Assembly (NCBI GenBank): GCA_031414455.1
Contig: JANNVM010000545.1
Coordinates: forward strand, 1-38,441
Reading direction: 5' to 3'
DNA length: 38,441 nt
Source of the DNA: Verrucomicrobiota bacterium
Lineage (GTDB): Bacteria > Verrucomicrobiota > Verrucomicrobiia > Verrucomicrobiales > V1-33
In this document: positions 25,080 through 34,500 of the stretch, piece after piece
Position numbering within the stretch: position 1 is the stretch's first letter
Layout: every line of letters begins with the position of its first letter
Notes under the pieces: model-generated
The model's input: the letters and a program-made list of their open reading frames with translations, nothing else
Told to the model about the DNA's origin: nothing
Database searches by the model: none
Translations under genes and position numbers: made by a program

Positions 25080-26048
25080 ATGGTCAGTATGAAGACACTC
25101 CACCGTTCTCACGCATCGCTCGCCGTCCTGTTTTTGCTCGTCCTGCCGCTCGCGGCGCGAACGTGGACTTCGTCTGATGGGCGGAAGCTGGAGGCGGATT
25201 TTGTCTCCGCGACGGAGACGAGCGTGATGCTTAAAAAGGCCGGCGGAAAGCCATTTACTTTGGAACTGGCCAAGCTGTCGGCGGAGGATCAGGAGTTTGT
25301 AAAATCACAGGCAGCAGCGAAGCCGGATGCGAAGCCCGCGGGGGACAAGATGGACGAGAAACCGGCGGGACCGGCGACGGCCAATTCCGGGCCGTATGCC
25401 GCGCGCATCACCGGCGAGTGGAGCCAGTTTGAAGGCAAAGGCGGGCTCCAGGGGATGCTCTTTGGCGCGAAGGAACTGGACGCGAAGGCGAAGCATCCGT
25501 TGCTCATCTATCTGCACGGCAAAGGGAACGATGTGCTCTCGAAAAAGGCCCTCGGCTTTGCCAATGCCTGCTCGAAGCCGGAGAACTACAAAGACCGCCC
25601 CTGCCTCATCTACGCGCCGCAGTGCCCTGACGAAAACGGCTGGCAGGGCACGACCGGCGTCAACCTGATGAAGACGCTCAAGGACCTCATCAAGAACCTG
25701 CCGGTGGACGAAAACCGCATCTATGTCGTGGGTTACAGTATGGGTGGCTACGGCACCTTCGCGTTGCTCAACGAGAATCCGAAGATGTTCGCCGCGGGCA
25801 TTCCCATCGCCGGGGGCGCGCAGGTCGGCGTGGCCAAGAATCTCCGGCGCATTCCCATCTGGATTTGGCACGGCGAGAAGGACGACGTGGTCCCGCCGGA
25901 TCAAAGCCGCGCGATCGCCAAGGCGCTGGAGAAAGTGAAAACTGCGAAATACACCGAAGTCCCCGGCGGCACCCACGGCATCGGCGGCGAAGTGGAAAAG
26001 AACGCCGAGGTGCATACCTGGCTCTTCGCGCAAACGCGCGGGAAGTGA
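25080..26048 (+). CDS. Secreted SHD1-domain + alpha/beta esterase (phospholipase/carboxylesterase or dienelactone-hydrolase-like)
   Basis: Signal LAVLFLLVLPLAA. RTWTSSDGRKLEADFVSATETSVMLKKAGGKPFTLELAKLSAEDQEFV is a typical SLA1-homology-domain-1 module. The esterase part has LLIYLHGKGN, VVGYSMGGYGT (GxSxG), WIWHGEKDDVVP and GGTHG. The start could be ATG 25080 or 25089. Confidence 0.85.
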   Translation: MVSMKTLHRSHASLAVLFLLVLPLAARTWTSSDGRKLEADFVSATETSVMLKKAGGKPFTLELAKLSAEDQEFVKSQAAAKPDAKPAGDKMDEKPAGPATANSGPYAARITGEWSQFEGKGGLQGMLFGAKELDAKAKHPLLIYLHGKGNDVLSKKALGFANACSKPENYKDRPCLIYAPQCPDENGWQGTTGVNLMKTLKDLIKNLPVDENRIYVVGYSMGGYGTFALLNENPKMFAAGIPIAGGAQVGVAKNLRRIPIWIWHGEKDDVVPPDQSRAIAKALEKVKTAKYTEVPGGTHGIGGEVEKNAEVHTWLFAQTRGK

Positions 26049-26106
26049 AGCCGTGCGCGGGCATTCGACCTCGACGGGGCGCGGGCCGCTGGTATCACCG
26101 GGCACC

Positions 26107-26313
26107 ATGAACGAACCCGCTGCCGAATTCCGCGCCACGCGCTGGAGCATTGTCTTTCAGGCTGCGCAGTCGTCCGAGCCGCACCGCGAAGAGGCGGCGC
26201 TGGCGGAGTTTTACCGCACTTATCACTAGCCGCTCTATGTCTTCGCCCGCGACCGCGGGCGGCGCAGCGCGGAGGATGCGGGCGATCTCGTGCAGGATTT
26301 CTTCGGGAACTAG
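26107..26313 (+). pseudogene. Truncated N-terminal fragment of an ECF-type sigma-70 family factor with an in-frame TAG
   Basis: MNEPAAEFRATRWSIVFQAAQSSEPHREEAALAEFYRTYH*PLYVFARDRGRRSAEDAGDLVQDFFGN* matches the common '..F..TRWS.v..a......a.....L...YW.PLY.f.RrrG.s..dA.DL.QeFF..' N-terminus. The TAG at 26227-26229 sits where Trp/Tyr is expected. The reading frame ends at 26313, where GC drops. No region 4 is present. Confidence 0.7.
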
Positions 26314-26617
26314 AAAGCGAGGCGGAGGTTTTGGACAATAAATCTCACCAAACGATCTTCCGCGGGGGTGACCGGAGAACGAACAAGGTCTGCATTGGCA
26401 TGGAGGATACGATTCAGTTCCGGATCACTCACCCGAGCAGACCGGATTTCGCGGTATCCGTCCGAAATCTTGATCTGATTTTCGATCCTCCGTAAGCGGG
26501 CGTCGTTGTTGAAGCGACACCTGAGAAAACCAATCCCGCAATAATCCCGGCGGGTTCCAGCCAAGCCTTAAGGATTTCTCGGATGCTGGGCATGAGTTCG
26601 ATCATGCACCAAATCAT
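26310..26617 (-). pseudogene. Low-GC, apparently frameshifted small ORF of unknown family
   Basis: GGAGG lies 6 nt upstream of ATG 26617 (MIWCMIELMPSIREILKAWLEPAGIIAGLVF...). A second overlapping frame continues to 26310 (..GFLRCRFNNDARLRRIENQIKISDGYREIRSARVSDPELNRILHANADLV..). Spot GC is 45-50%. No family recognised. Confidence 0.25.
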
Positions 26618-26816
26618 ATTAAACCTCCGGAAACTTGTGAATCCGCTCAGGTGAGGACGACGATATCGGCCTTGGCGGCTAGAAAGATGCCCCGCGGAAC
26701 GACTTCTTCCTCTTCATCCAGTGCTCAGTGCTCAGTTCACCGGGAACAAAGCGCGTGGCACCACGAACCTCCCTTGAAACTCCCGCTCCGCAGCCGCGTA
26801 TAGCCGTGCCTCACTC

Positions 26817-27449
26817 ATGGAAATCCTCGCCATCGAATCCTCCGCCCCATCCGGCAGCCTTGCGCTGTGGCGGGACGGCCGGCTCGTGGACGTGCGGGAG
26901 TTTCAATCCGAGCGCGCCCATAATTCTGTGCTCTTTGCACCGCTCGATGCCGTGCTGCGGCAGGCGGCGGCGCTGAAACTCATCGTCTGCGGCACCGGGC
27001 CGGGCAGTTACAGCGGCGTGCGCGTTGGTATCGCGGCGGCGATCGGTGTCTCCCTGGCGCGCGGCGTGCCGCTCATCGGAATGCCATCGGTCTGCGCGAT
27101 CTCTCAGGCTCAGGGACTGGACCGCTATGCTGTCTGCGGCGATGCCCGGCGCGGCGCGTGGTGGTGGTCGGTGGTGGAAGGCGGACAACTGGTCCAGCCG
27201 CCGGTCGCTGCGCCATTGGAGGAAACTGCGGCCCTTGCCACCGCCTGGAACGGGCACATTTTCACGCCGGATGCGGTATCGCCGCCGTTTTGTCAGGCGA
27301 CACCCGTGATTCCCCGGGCCGACATCCTCGCGGCAGCCGCTGCCGGGCTTTCCGCTAACACCATCGCCCGGCTGGCGGCGCAACCGGTGGAGCCGATCTA
27401 TCTCAGCGCGCCGTTCGTCACCGTTTCCAAACAGCCGGTCTTCGCCTGA
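26817..27449 (+). CDS. tsaB: tRNA N6-threonylcarbamoyladenosine synthesis protein TsaB (YeaZ)
   Basis: 210 aa starting MEILAIESSAPSGSLAL, with IVCGTGPGSYSGVRVGIAAAIGVSLARGVPLIG, the hallmark TsaB/YeaZ core. Confidence 0.9.
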   Translation: MEILAIESSAPSGSLALWRDGRLVDVREFQSERAHNSVLFAPLDAVLRQAAALKLIVCGTGPGSYSGVRVGIAAAIGVSLARGVPLIGMPSVCAISQAQGLDRYAVCGDARRGAWWWSVVEGGQLVQPPVAAPLEETAALATAWNGHIFTPDAVSPPFCQATPVIPRADILAAAAAGLSANTIARLAAQPVEPIYLSAPFVTVSKQPVFA

Positions 27450-27461
27450 CATCTTCCCTGC

Positions 27462-29090
27462 ATGTCCCAAAATCCCACCACGCCTCCCGAGTATTCTTCG
27501 ACCGAAGATACGCCGCCGGACAGCCTTCTGGCCCGGCTGCGCAGGATCACCGGCGTCACCGATCCGGCTCCGCTGCCGGACCCGGCGCAGCTGAGAATTG
27601 AAGACGGCGCGCCGCCGGTGGACCGGCTCATCGTTAACCTGCGTGATGGTTTTGCGGCACTCGCTGCCGGCGCTATTGCGGTGGCGGTTGTCGCTGCCGC
27701 TGGAGCGATCTGGCTATGCCGCCGCAGCAAAGATGCCGCGAAACAGGCCCGGCAGTGGCAGGGGAAAATGTCGGTTCGCCTGGCTGCGGCGCGGGCCATG
27801 CGTGCGGAGCGTGTCATCCAGCCGGTGCCGGTGCCGGTCGCGCCTGACATCAGAACCGATGAGGTGCAGGAGCCCGTAGAGACGCAGGAGGTTGTCGCCG
27901 TCGCCTCTCTGCCGCCGGCCCCGCTTGTCGAGCCTGTTCCGCTTGAGACCGGCCGCCGGCGCGTGCTGCAATTCTTTCGCGGCGAAGCACGGGCGGCGGA
28001 GCCTGACACTGACAACGTGACGGCAGTGTTCTCCTCCTCGGTTATGGAGCCGGAGCCGCCGGTGGAAGAAGCCGTTGCAGAGCCCGGCGTGACACCGGTT
28101 GCGCCGGTCCGCGCGAGGCTGGCGCGGCGTTTCAGGCCGGCGTTGATCTCGATCGCCGTGGTGCTTCTCGCGCTGCCCGCCCTCTGGCTGGTGAAACCGG
28201 TGCGCTACTATTTTACAAGCCTCATGGGCTGGGGAAATTCCGCCGTCATTGTGGGGAGCGACGGCTGGCTGTTTTCCCGTGCGGAAAGTGAGCCTGCGGC
28301 TGCACCGCCGCAGTTGAGGGAAACTGCCGCCGCGTTGCGCGCACAGGGAGCGGCGCTGGTTGTTGTTAGTGTCCCGGCGAAGGCGGCGGTCTATCCGGAG
28401 AAACTCACCGGCTCCGGCGGCGGGGAACTGCAGCGGCAGCCGCAAATCGCCACCGTGCTCAAAGAACTAACAGATGACGGGGTGCAGGTGCTCGACCTTG
28501 GTCCCGTGCTGCACGGACTGAAAGCGGCGGACGCAGCGGAAGGATTCGTTTTTTCCCCGCAGAGTGCGCAGTGGAGTCCGCGGGGCATGGCGCTGGCTGC
28601 GTGTGCCGCCGCCGGTTTTATTCAGCAGCAGCCGGGCTACGCCGCGCTGCCGCTGCAGCCGTCGCTGGCGGTGATGACACCCGCCACGGGTGCCGCCACG
28701 ACGGACGATCTTGTCAATGCACTTGATTCTCCGCGACTGCAGAGCCGCTACACAGCCCGGAGTGTTCCGCTCATTCGTCTGCTCAACAGTAAGAAGGAAC
28801 CGCTCGCTTCCGATGCCGCTTCGCCCGTGATGCTCCTTGGCGGTGAATGTGTCAGGCTTTACGATGATCCGGCGCTGGGCCATCCGGCGGAAGGCCTGTC
28901 CGCCGGCCTGCGCAGCAGCGCGGGATTTGCGCAACATCTGGCGTGGCATCTGAGCACGCCGCTGGAAATTCATGCCGCGGGCAGCAGCCTCGAAGCTGCC
29001 AGAACGTGGCTGGCCTCATGGCCGGAGGCAGACCGCAAAACCAAGCGGCTCGTCGTTTGGGTTCTCTCCGACGCCGATCTCTTGCATTGA
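27462..29090 (+). CDS. Membrane protein with Pro-rich N-terminal half and AlgJ/AlgX-like (SGNH-like) C-terminal domain
   Basis: Two hydrophobic segments (FAALAAGAIAVAVVAAAGAIWL and ALISIAVVLLALPALWLV). Then VIVGSDGWLFSRAE ... ALVVVSVPAKAAVYPEKL ... VQVLDLGPVL ... VFSPQSAQWSPRGMALAA, which follows the AlgJ/AlgX pattern (G.DGWLF, VP.K..iYPE.L, DTHW..GA). Confidence 0.65.
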   Translation: MSQNPTTPPEYSSTEDTPPDSLLARLRRITGVTDPAPLPDPAQLRIEDGAPPVDRLIVNLRDGFAALAAGAIAVAVVAAAGAIWLCRRSKDAAKQARQWQGKMSVRLAAARAMRAERVIQPVPVPVAPDIRTDEVQEPVETQEVVAVASLPPAPLVEPVPLETGRRRVLQFFRGEARAAEPDTDNVTAVFSSSVMEPEPPVEEAVAEPGVTPVAPVRARLARRFRPALISIAVVLLALPALWLVKPVRYYFTSLMGWGNSAVIVGSDGWLFSRAESEPAAAPPQLRETAAALRAQGAALVVVSVPAKAAVYPEKLTGSGGGELQRQPQIATVLKELTDDGVQVLDLGPVLHGLKAADAAEGFVFSPQSAQWSPRGMALAACAAAGFIQQQPGYAALPLQPSLAVMTPATGAATTDDLVNALDSPRLQSRYTARSVPLIRLLNSKKEPLASDAASPVMLLGGECVRLYDDPALGHPAEGLSAGLRSSAGFAQHLAWHLSTPLEIHAAGSSLEAARTWLASWPEADRKTKRLVVWVLSDADLLH

Positions 29091-29146
29091 GGAGCAGCAC
29101 GAATTTGACAACGCGGCCTGCTGGCGGCAGTGACGGCGGTATTGAT

Positions 29147-31420
29147 ATGGAGAAAGCACCGCCTGATATGGCTGACCGTCCGGAATTCATCTGGCTCTGG
29201 CCGGTGGATGCCCGGCGTATCGCACCGGTGCCGGGCGGGGTGAGGCTCACGCTTTTGGCGGCCGGGAAATTCCGGGCCCGGCTGGCTGGTGATGTTCGCG
29301 ACACAGCGTCACAGTTCTCAGCGCCGCATGGCTGCGAGGCCGTGCGCCTGACAGTCCCTGAAGTGGACAGCCTGACCGAGGTCACGCTGCAGATGCTGCT
29401 GGATTCCGGGGACTGCGAGGCGGTGATTCTCGCTCTGCCCGGGTGCGATGGGGTGACGGTGTCTTCCGCAACTGAGCCGGTGCCCGGCGCACACGGCATC
29501 TGCGGGAATCACGCCGGAGCCAGTGTGCAGGCGCGCGCCGTGTGGGGCACGATTGAGAGCAAATACGACGCCCTGCTGGCGGCGAATTTGAATGCGTCAG
29601 GGCCGGATGACCGCCGGGTGGTATTCACCCGCGCGCGCCAGTGGCTGCGGCACGGTGACGAGACGCACGAAGTGAGTGGCGGTGCGGTGCGGGAGTTTGT
29701 GGTGCTGTCCTCTACTGAACTCGAATGGCGGTTCGCAGCGATGGGCGCGCAGTGGTCCATTCGACTCACCCTTGGCGAAGGGAACGGGGTGAGTCTGCGC
29801 TGGCATTCCTGGCGGGCACCGGCGGGCGACTGGGAATTCGCGGTGCGTCCGGATTTGGAGAACCGTTCGTTCCATGGCATCACGCAGGCATTCAAAGGAC
29901 CGGAGCACGACTTTCCTGAGGCTCTTCATCTGCCCGGTCCGGGGGCGGTCAGTTTTGCCCTTGGAGACGGCTGGCAGCTTAACCTTGAAAGCCCTGCGGC
30001 CTTCACGCATCAGCCGGAGTGGAATTATATGGTGCCCCTCGCACTGGAGATGGAGCGGGGCCTTGAACCGGCGACGGATGTATTCAGTCCGGGGATTTTC
30101 AGATGGACGCCGGAAAGGACGGGGGTTTTGGAAATCGTCGCATCGGTCGGTGTGGCGCGGGATTCCCACCCGTCAGCCGCACGGATTCATCCGCACGCAC
30201 GGCAGGCCCGTGTCATGGGACTGGCGGAATCCATGCGCGCGGCACTCGACCTTTTTCCCGCGCAGCGCGACGGCGGACTAACGGTTATCGCGGGTTTTCC
30301 GTGGTTTCTCGACTGGGGGCGCGACAGCCTCATTTTCGCACGCGGGCTGGCCGCCGCCGGAAGGTTGCAGGAAGCTCTGGCCGTCGTGCATCGGTTTGCG
30401 GCGTTTGAGTGCGGCGGCAGCATTCCCAATCTCATCCGCGGCAGCGACGCTTCGAACCGCGAAACTTCCGATGCCCCGCTCTGGCTGCTGCTGGCGCTGC
30501 GGGAAATCTGCGTGCAGCAGCCGTCCGCTCTGCGCGAGAAGGCCGGGGGCAGAACACTCGCTGAGGTGGCCGGTGCCATCGTCGCGGCCCATGTGTCAGG
30601 GACCCGCCACGGCGTGAAGCTGGATGAAGCGTCAGGATTGCTGTGGAGCCCGGCCCATTACACATGGATGGATACGGACCGGCCGGCCGGCTCGCCGCGC
30701 GAGGGTTATCCCATCGAGATCCAGGCGCTGTGGGTCGGGGCGCTGGAGTTTGCCCACACGCTGGATGCCTCGCGCGGCTGGGCGGCGCTCGCGGAAAAAG
30801 CGCGCGAAAGTGCGGCGCGTCTCTATTGGCGCGAGGCCGATGGTTTTATGGCCGACTGCCTCCACGGGTCGTCCGGCGTGCCTGCGGCGAACGCGGTGCC
30901 CGATGACCACCTCCGGCCGAATCAACTTTTTGCCATCACTCTCGGACTTGTGAGTGACGCCGACAAATGCCGGCGCATTCTTGAGGCCTGCCAGTGCCTG
31001 CTCACCCCGGGGGCGCTCCGTTCGCTGGCGCCGCGGCGGGTGCAGCATCCCCTGCCGGTGGAGTGGAACGGCACGGCGCTGCAGGATCCCCGTGCGCCCT
31101 ATCATGGAATGTACACCGGCCCGGAAGAGACGTGCCGCAAGCCGTCCTATCACAACGGCACGGCATGGACGTGGCTGTATCCCCTGTTCTGCGAAGCCCT
31201 CGCCGCCGTTTATCCGGCGGCCCGTGATCAGGCCCGTTCGCTCATGAGTGCCAGTGCATGGCTGATGCGCCGCGGCTGCCCGGGCCAGCTCGCCGAAATC
31301 ATTGACGGCGACGCACCGCACGCGCTGCGCGGCTGCGGGGCTCAGGCGTGGAGCGCATCGGAATGGGTGCGCGTGCATGTGGCGCTGGAGCATTCCCCTG
31401 CCGTGGCCCAGGCCCTCTGA
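29147..31420 (+). CDS. Amylo-alpha-1,6-glucosidase family glycogen debranching enzyme
   Basis: About 757 aa. AGFPWFLDWGRDSLIFARGL, DAPLWLL, GYPIEIQALW, LRPNQLFAITLG and YHNGTAWTWL are typical of the GDE_C (six-hairpin) family. The listed ORF start at 28943 overlaps the previous gene; ATG 29147 is preferred. Confidence 0.88.
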   Translation: MEKAPPDMADRPEFIWLWPVDARRIAPVPGGVRLTLLAAGKFRARLAGDVRDTASQFSAPHGCEAVRLTVPEVDSLTEVTLQMLLDSGDCEAVILALPGCDGVTVSSATEPVPGAHGICGNHAGASVQARAVWGTIESKYDALLAANLNASGPDDRRVVFTRARQWLRHGDETHEVSGGAVREFVVLSSTELEWRFAAMGAQWSIRLTLGEGNGVSLRWHSWRAPAGDWEFAVRPDLENRSFHGITQAFKGPEHDFPEALHLPGPGAVSFALGDGWQLNLESPAAFTHQPEWNYMVPLALEMERGLEPATDVFSPGIFRWTPERTGVLEIVASVGVARDSHPSAARIHPHARQARVMGLAESMRAALDLFPAQRDGGLTVIAGFPWFLDWGRDSLIFARGLAAAGRLQEALAVVHRFAAFECGGSIPNLIRGSDASNRETSDAPLWLLLALREICVQQPSALREKAGGRTLAEVAGAIVAAHVSGTRHGVKLDEASGLLWSPAHYTWMDTDRPAGSPREGYPIEIQALWVGALEFAHTLDASRGWAALAEKARESAARLYWREADGFMADCLHGSSGVPAANAVPDDHLRPNQLFAITLGLVSDADKCRRILEACQCLLTPGALRSLAPRRVQHPLPVEWNGTALQDPRAPYHGMYTGPEETCRKPSYHNGTAWTWLYPLFCEALAAVYPAARDQARSLMSASAWLMRRGCPGQLAEIIDGDAPHALRGCGAQAWSASEWVRVHVALEHSPAVAQAL

Positions 31421-31504
31421 GGGAGTGTTCCCTGCGCCAATCTAATGGACAGACAGGCCGACCCGCATCAGGATGCCGGACCTCCATTCATTCCCCTCCC
31501 CAAG

Positions 31505-34500
31505 ATGAACCCCTCATTCCCATCCGCCCGCGGCGCTGTGCCCGCCGCATTCCTTGCCCTTGCCGGCGCGGCCTTCGCCCAGGCTCCGATCAACGATAAT
31601 TTTGCCGCCGCCACGCCGCTGGTCGCGGGTGTGGTCACGTCCGGCACCAATGTGAACGCCACCGTGGAGGCCGGCGAACCGCCGACGCACTGGACGAATA
31701 CCTCCGCCAACGGAGTAGCGACAGGCAAGTCAGTCTGGTTTTCCTACACTCCTGCGGAAAGCGGCCTCGCGAGTTTTTCCATCGTGGCCGGGGGCACCGG
31801 CACGACCGCAGTGGCGATGCAGGGAGCGGCCTATAACGGAACGGCTCCCGGCAACCTCATTCGGATCGCGAGCGCCTCGTCCACTGCGGGTACTGCCGGT
31901 GCGCCAGGCACTGCCTATCCGAGCAATCTTTTCGCCGTCACCGCAGGAGGCCGGATGTTGATTCAGATCACCGGCAATACCGCGGCAGGCGCGGCGGCCT
32001 TCAATGTGACGGTTTCCACTTTTGGCCGCACCGGCTCCGTAGTGCTGCCCCGTTACTCCAATTGGGAATGGCTGCACACGACGACGGGAGCAGACCCCAC
32101 TGCCGCGGCCACCTGGGCCGCGACATGGAAAATCGCGGGCGACCCGACCGACTACGCCGTGGCCCCGCCGGCAGTCAAATTTTCCGCGCCGCAGCCGGCG
32201 CCGCTTGGGTTCGCCGCGATGGAAGGCGCGCCCGGCGTGAAGTCGGATATCGGCACCGCCGCCGGAACGAATAACAATGCCGGCTACGCCCGCACCACGT
32301 TTACTCTGACGAATGACACCAGCAACCTGTGGGCCGAGATCGCCGCAGACGACGGAGCATATATCTACATTGACGACCAACCCGGCGTCCCGGTCAACAT
32401 CGCCTCCCGGCTGTCGGACGGATCCTTCACCACGAACACCGGCTTTTATGATTTCCGGCCGCAGCCGGATGTTTTCCTCACTGGAGCCATCCCCGCCGCC
32501 GCGGCCGGTGCGGTGCCTGGCTGCCGGGCCTATGTGCCGGTTGGGTTTAATGCCGAGCGCAATACGAAGATGATATACGTCAGCGGCCTCGTCGGGCAAC
32601 TGAGCGCGGGCAGCCATCAGATCGCCGTTTCCATTCACCAGACCGGCACGGCCAGTTCGGACATGGCGTTCGATCTGCAATTGCTCGACATGGGTGCCTG
32701 GCCGCTGGCCAATGGCAGTGCCGGAATCACGTTCACCAGTGTTCCGGTAGTGCCGGGCTCCGCTACCGCTGCCGTGGTGCCGGCGGTGGAGCACCATTTT
32801 GCCCCCACGGCGGGACAAGCGGACCTCGCATGGTATTGTGTGTCTCCCGACTCATCCACCGCCCAGGCCTGTGTGGTCCCGGACACCGTCTCCGGCCTCC
32901 AAAATGCTCTGCGGATCAATGCCGCCTCCGACCAGCGCTTTGTTACCGAGCCGGTGAAGGTGGACGGGCTCTCCCAATTTGTCACCAGTCTGCGAATCCG
33001 CACCAATGACACCAGTTCCGGCTTTGAAGCCCCCGACGGATTCCGCGTCTTTCTCGAAACCAGTGGTGACGGCATCAACTTCGCCGAGCCCGCCCCGCCG
33101 CTGGAAGTGCAGCCCCAATTGAACGATGACGAGGCCTATACGCCGTTCAGTGCCGGCTTCGTGACCAAAGCACTCTCCGTAGGGCCAAACCCTTACAAGT
33201 ATGTCCGCATGGTCATCACCGGCACCGCGGATTCGACTTCGGGCAGCGAGAGCATTTACTTTGACGACATCAACTTCAGCCTGTGCCAGTTGCTCGCAAA
33301 CACGGCCAATCTGACCTACAACAACAACGGCGATAACGACCGGACGAATGACACGGTGAGTTTTGAACTCACGGTCACCGGCAGCGGCGCGACCGCGCTG
33401 AGCTGGACCACCACCGGATTCGGCGCGGGAAGCGAAGTCAGCGGCACGATCGGGGGCCCCGCGGTGCTCGTGACACGTCCTGCTGTGGATGCCGCCGGGG
33501 CCAGCCAAAACGTCGTTTTCACCGTCGCCGACGACGGCAATCCGGCGTGCTTCGCCAGGGTGACGGTCACCACCCCCGCAGCCGCCATCGGGACCATCGC
33601 CCTCACCAATCCCGTCCGCTCTCCGGGAGCCGATCCCGCCAGCACGGCGGATGACACCTTCACCTATTCGGTCCTCGTGAACGGCACCGCGACGGGATTC
33701 GACTACGAAATCCGCTCATCCGAAACCGGCAACGCCACGCTCTACGGCACCGGCATTTACGGTGTCTCCGGCACCCTGACACTCCCGGCCACCGTGGCTT
33801 CCCTGACCATCAAAGACAACTCCGTGCCCACGCTGCTGAAGGCTGTGGCTTTGCCGCCGCCCGGCGCGGATCTCGCCATGGGCCGCACCGTGCTCCAGGG
33901 CACCAGTCGCATTCTCTACAGCAACCCCGCGGCCGCCGCAGTGTTTTCCAAATGGACTCAGGCTTCCGGCACCGGAATCACTCCGCCCCCCGCGGACCCC
34001 GGCCTTACCATAACGGAAACGACCACTTTGCTGCATCCGGGCACCGCCCTCGCTGCGGACGAAGGGGTGCTGGAGAGCCCCGTCGTGGATATCACGGGCA
34101 TTCCGAACGTCGTCGTCTCCGCCTCGCTGCGCGCCTTTGAAACCAGCACCGGCTCCGGCTTCGAGGCTGCCGATACGTTTAAGATAGAAGTCATGGAGGA
34201 TCGCGGTGCCGGGGAGACCGCGGTCAATCTCGTCACCGGTTATGCGGCGGATATCGCGCCGGCGAACGAGCTGCTGAACGGCTTCACCGGGACCGCCGCC
34301 GATCCCTATGACAGCGGTCCCCTGCGGGATGAATTTAATGCCGACGGAGCGCTCGCCGCCGGCAACTCCCGCGGCACGTTTTCCTTTTCCTACGCGGTGC
34401 CCGCCAATATCATCCGCCTCCGCGTGAAAGTCACCGGAGTCAATGATTCGGCCAATGAATACTTCTTCCTCCAGAACCTCACCATCACCGACGACCCCAA

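Noticed and set aside
24867-25112. 81-aa minus-strand ORF in the par4-esterase spacer
   Set aside because: It has no recognisable family, overlaps the esterase start, and its composition is typical of chance ORFs in GC-rich spacers.
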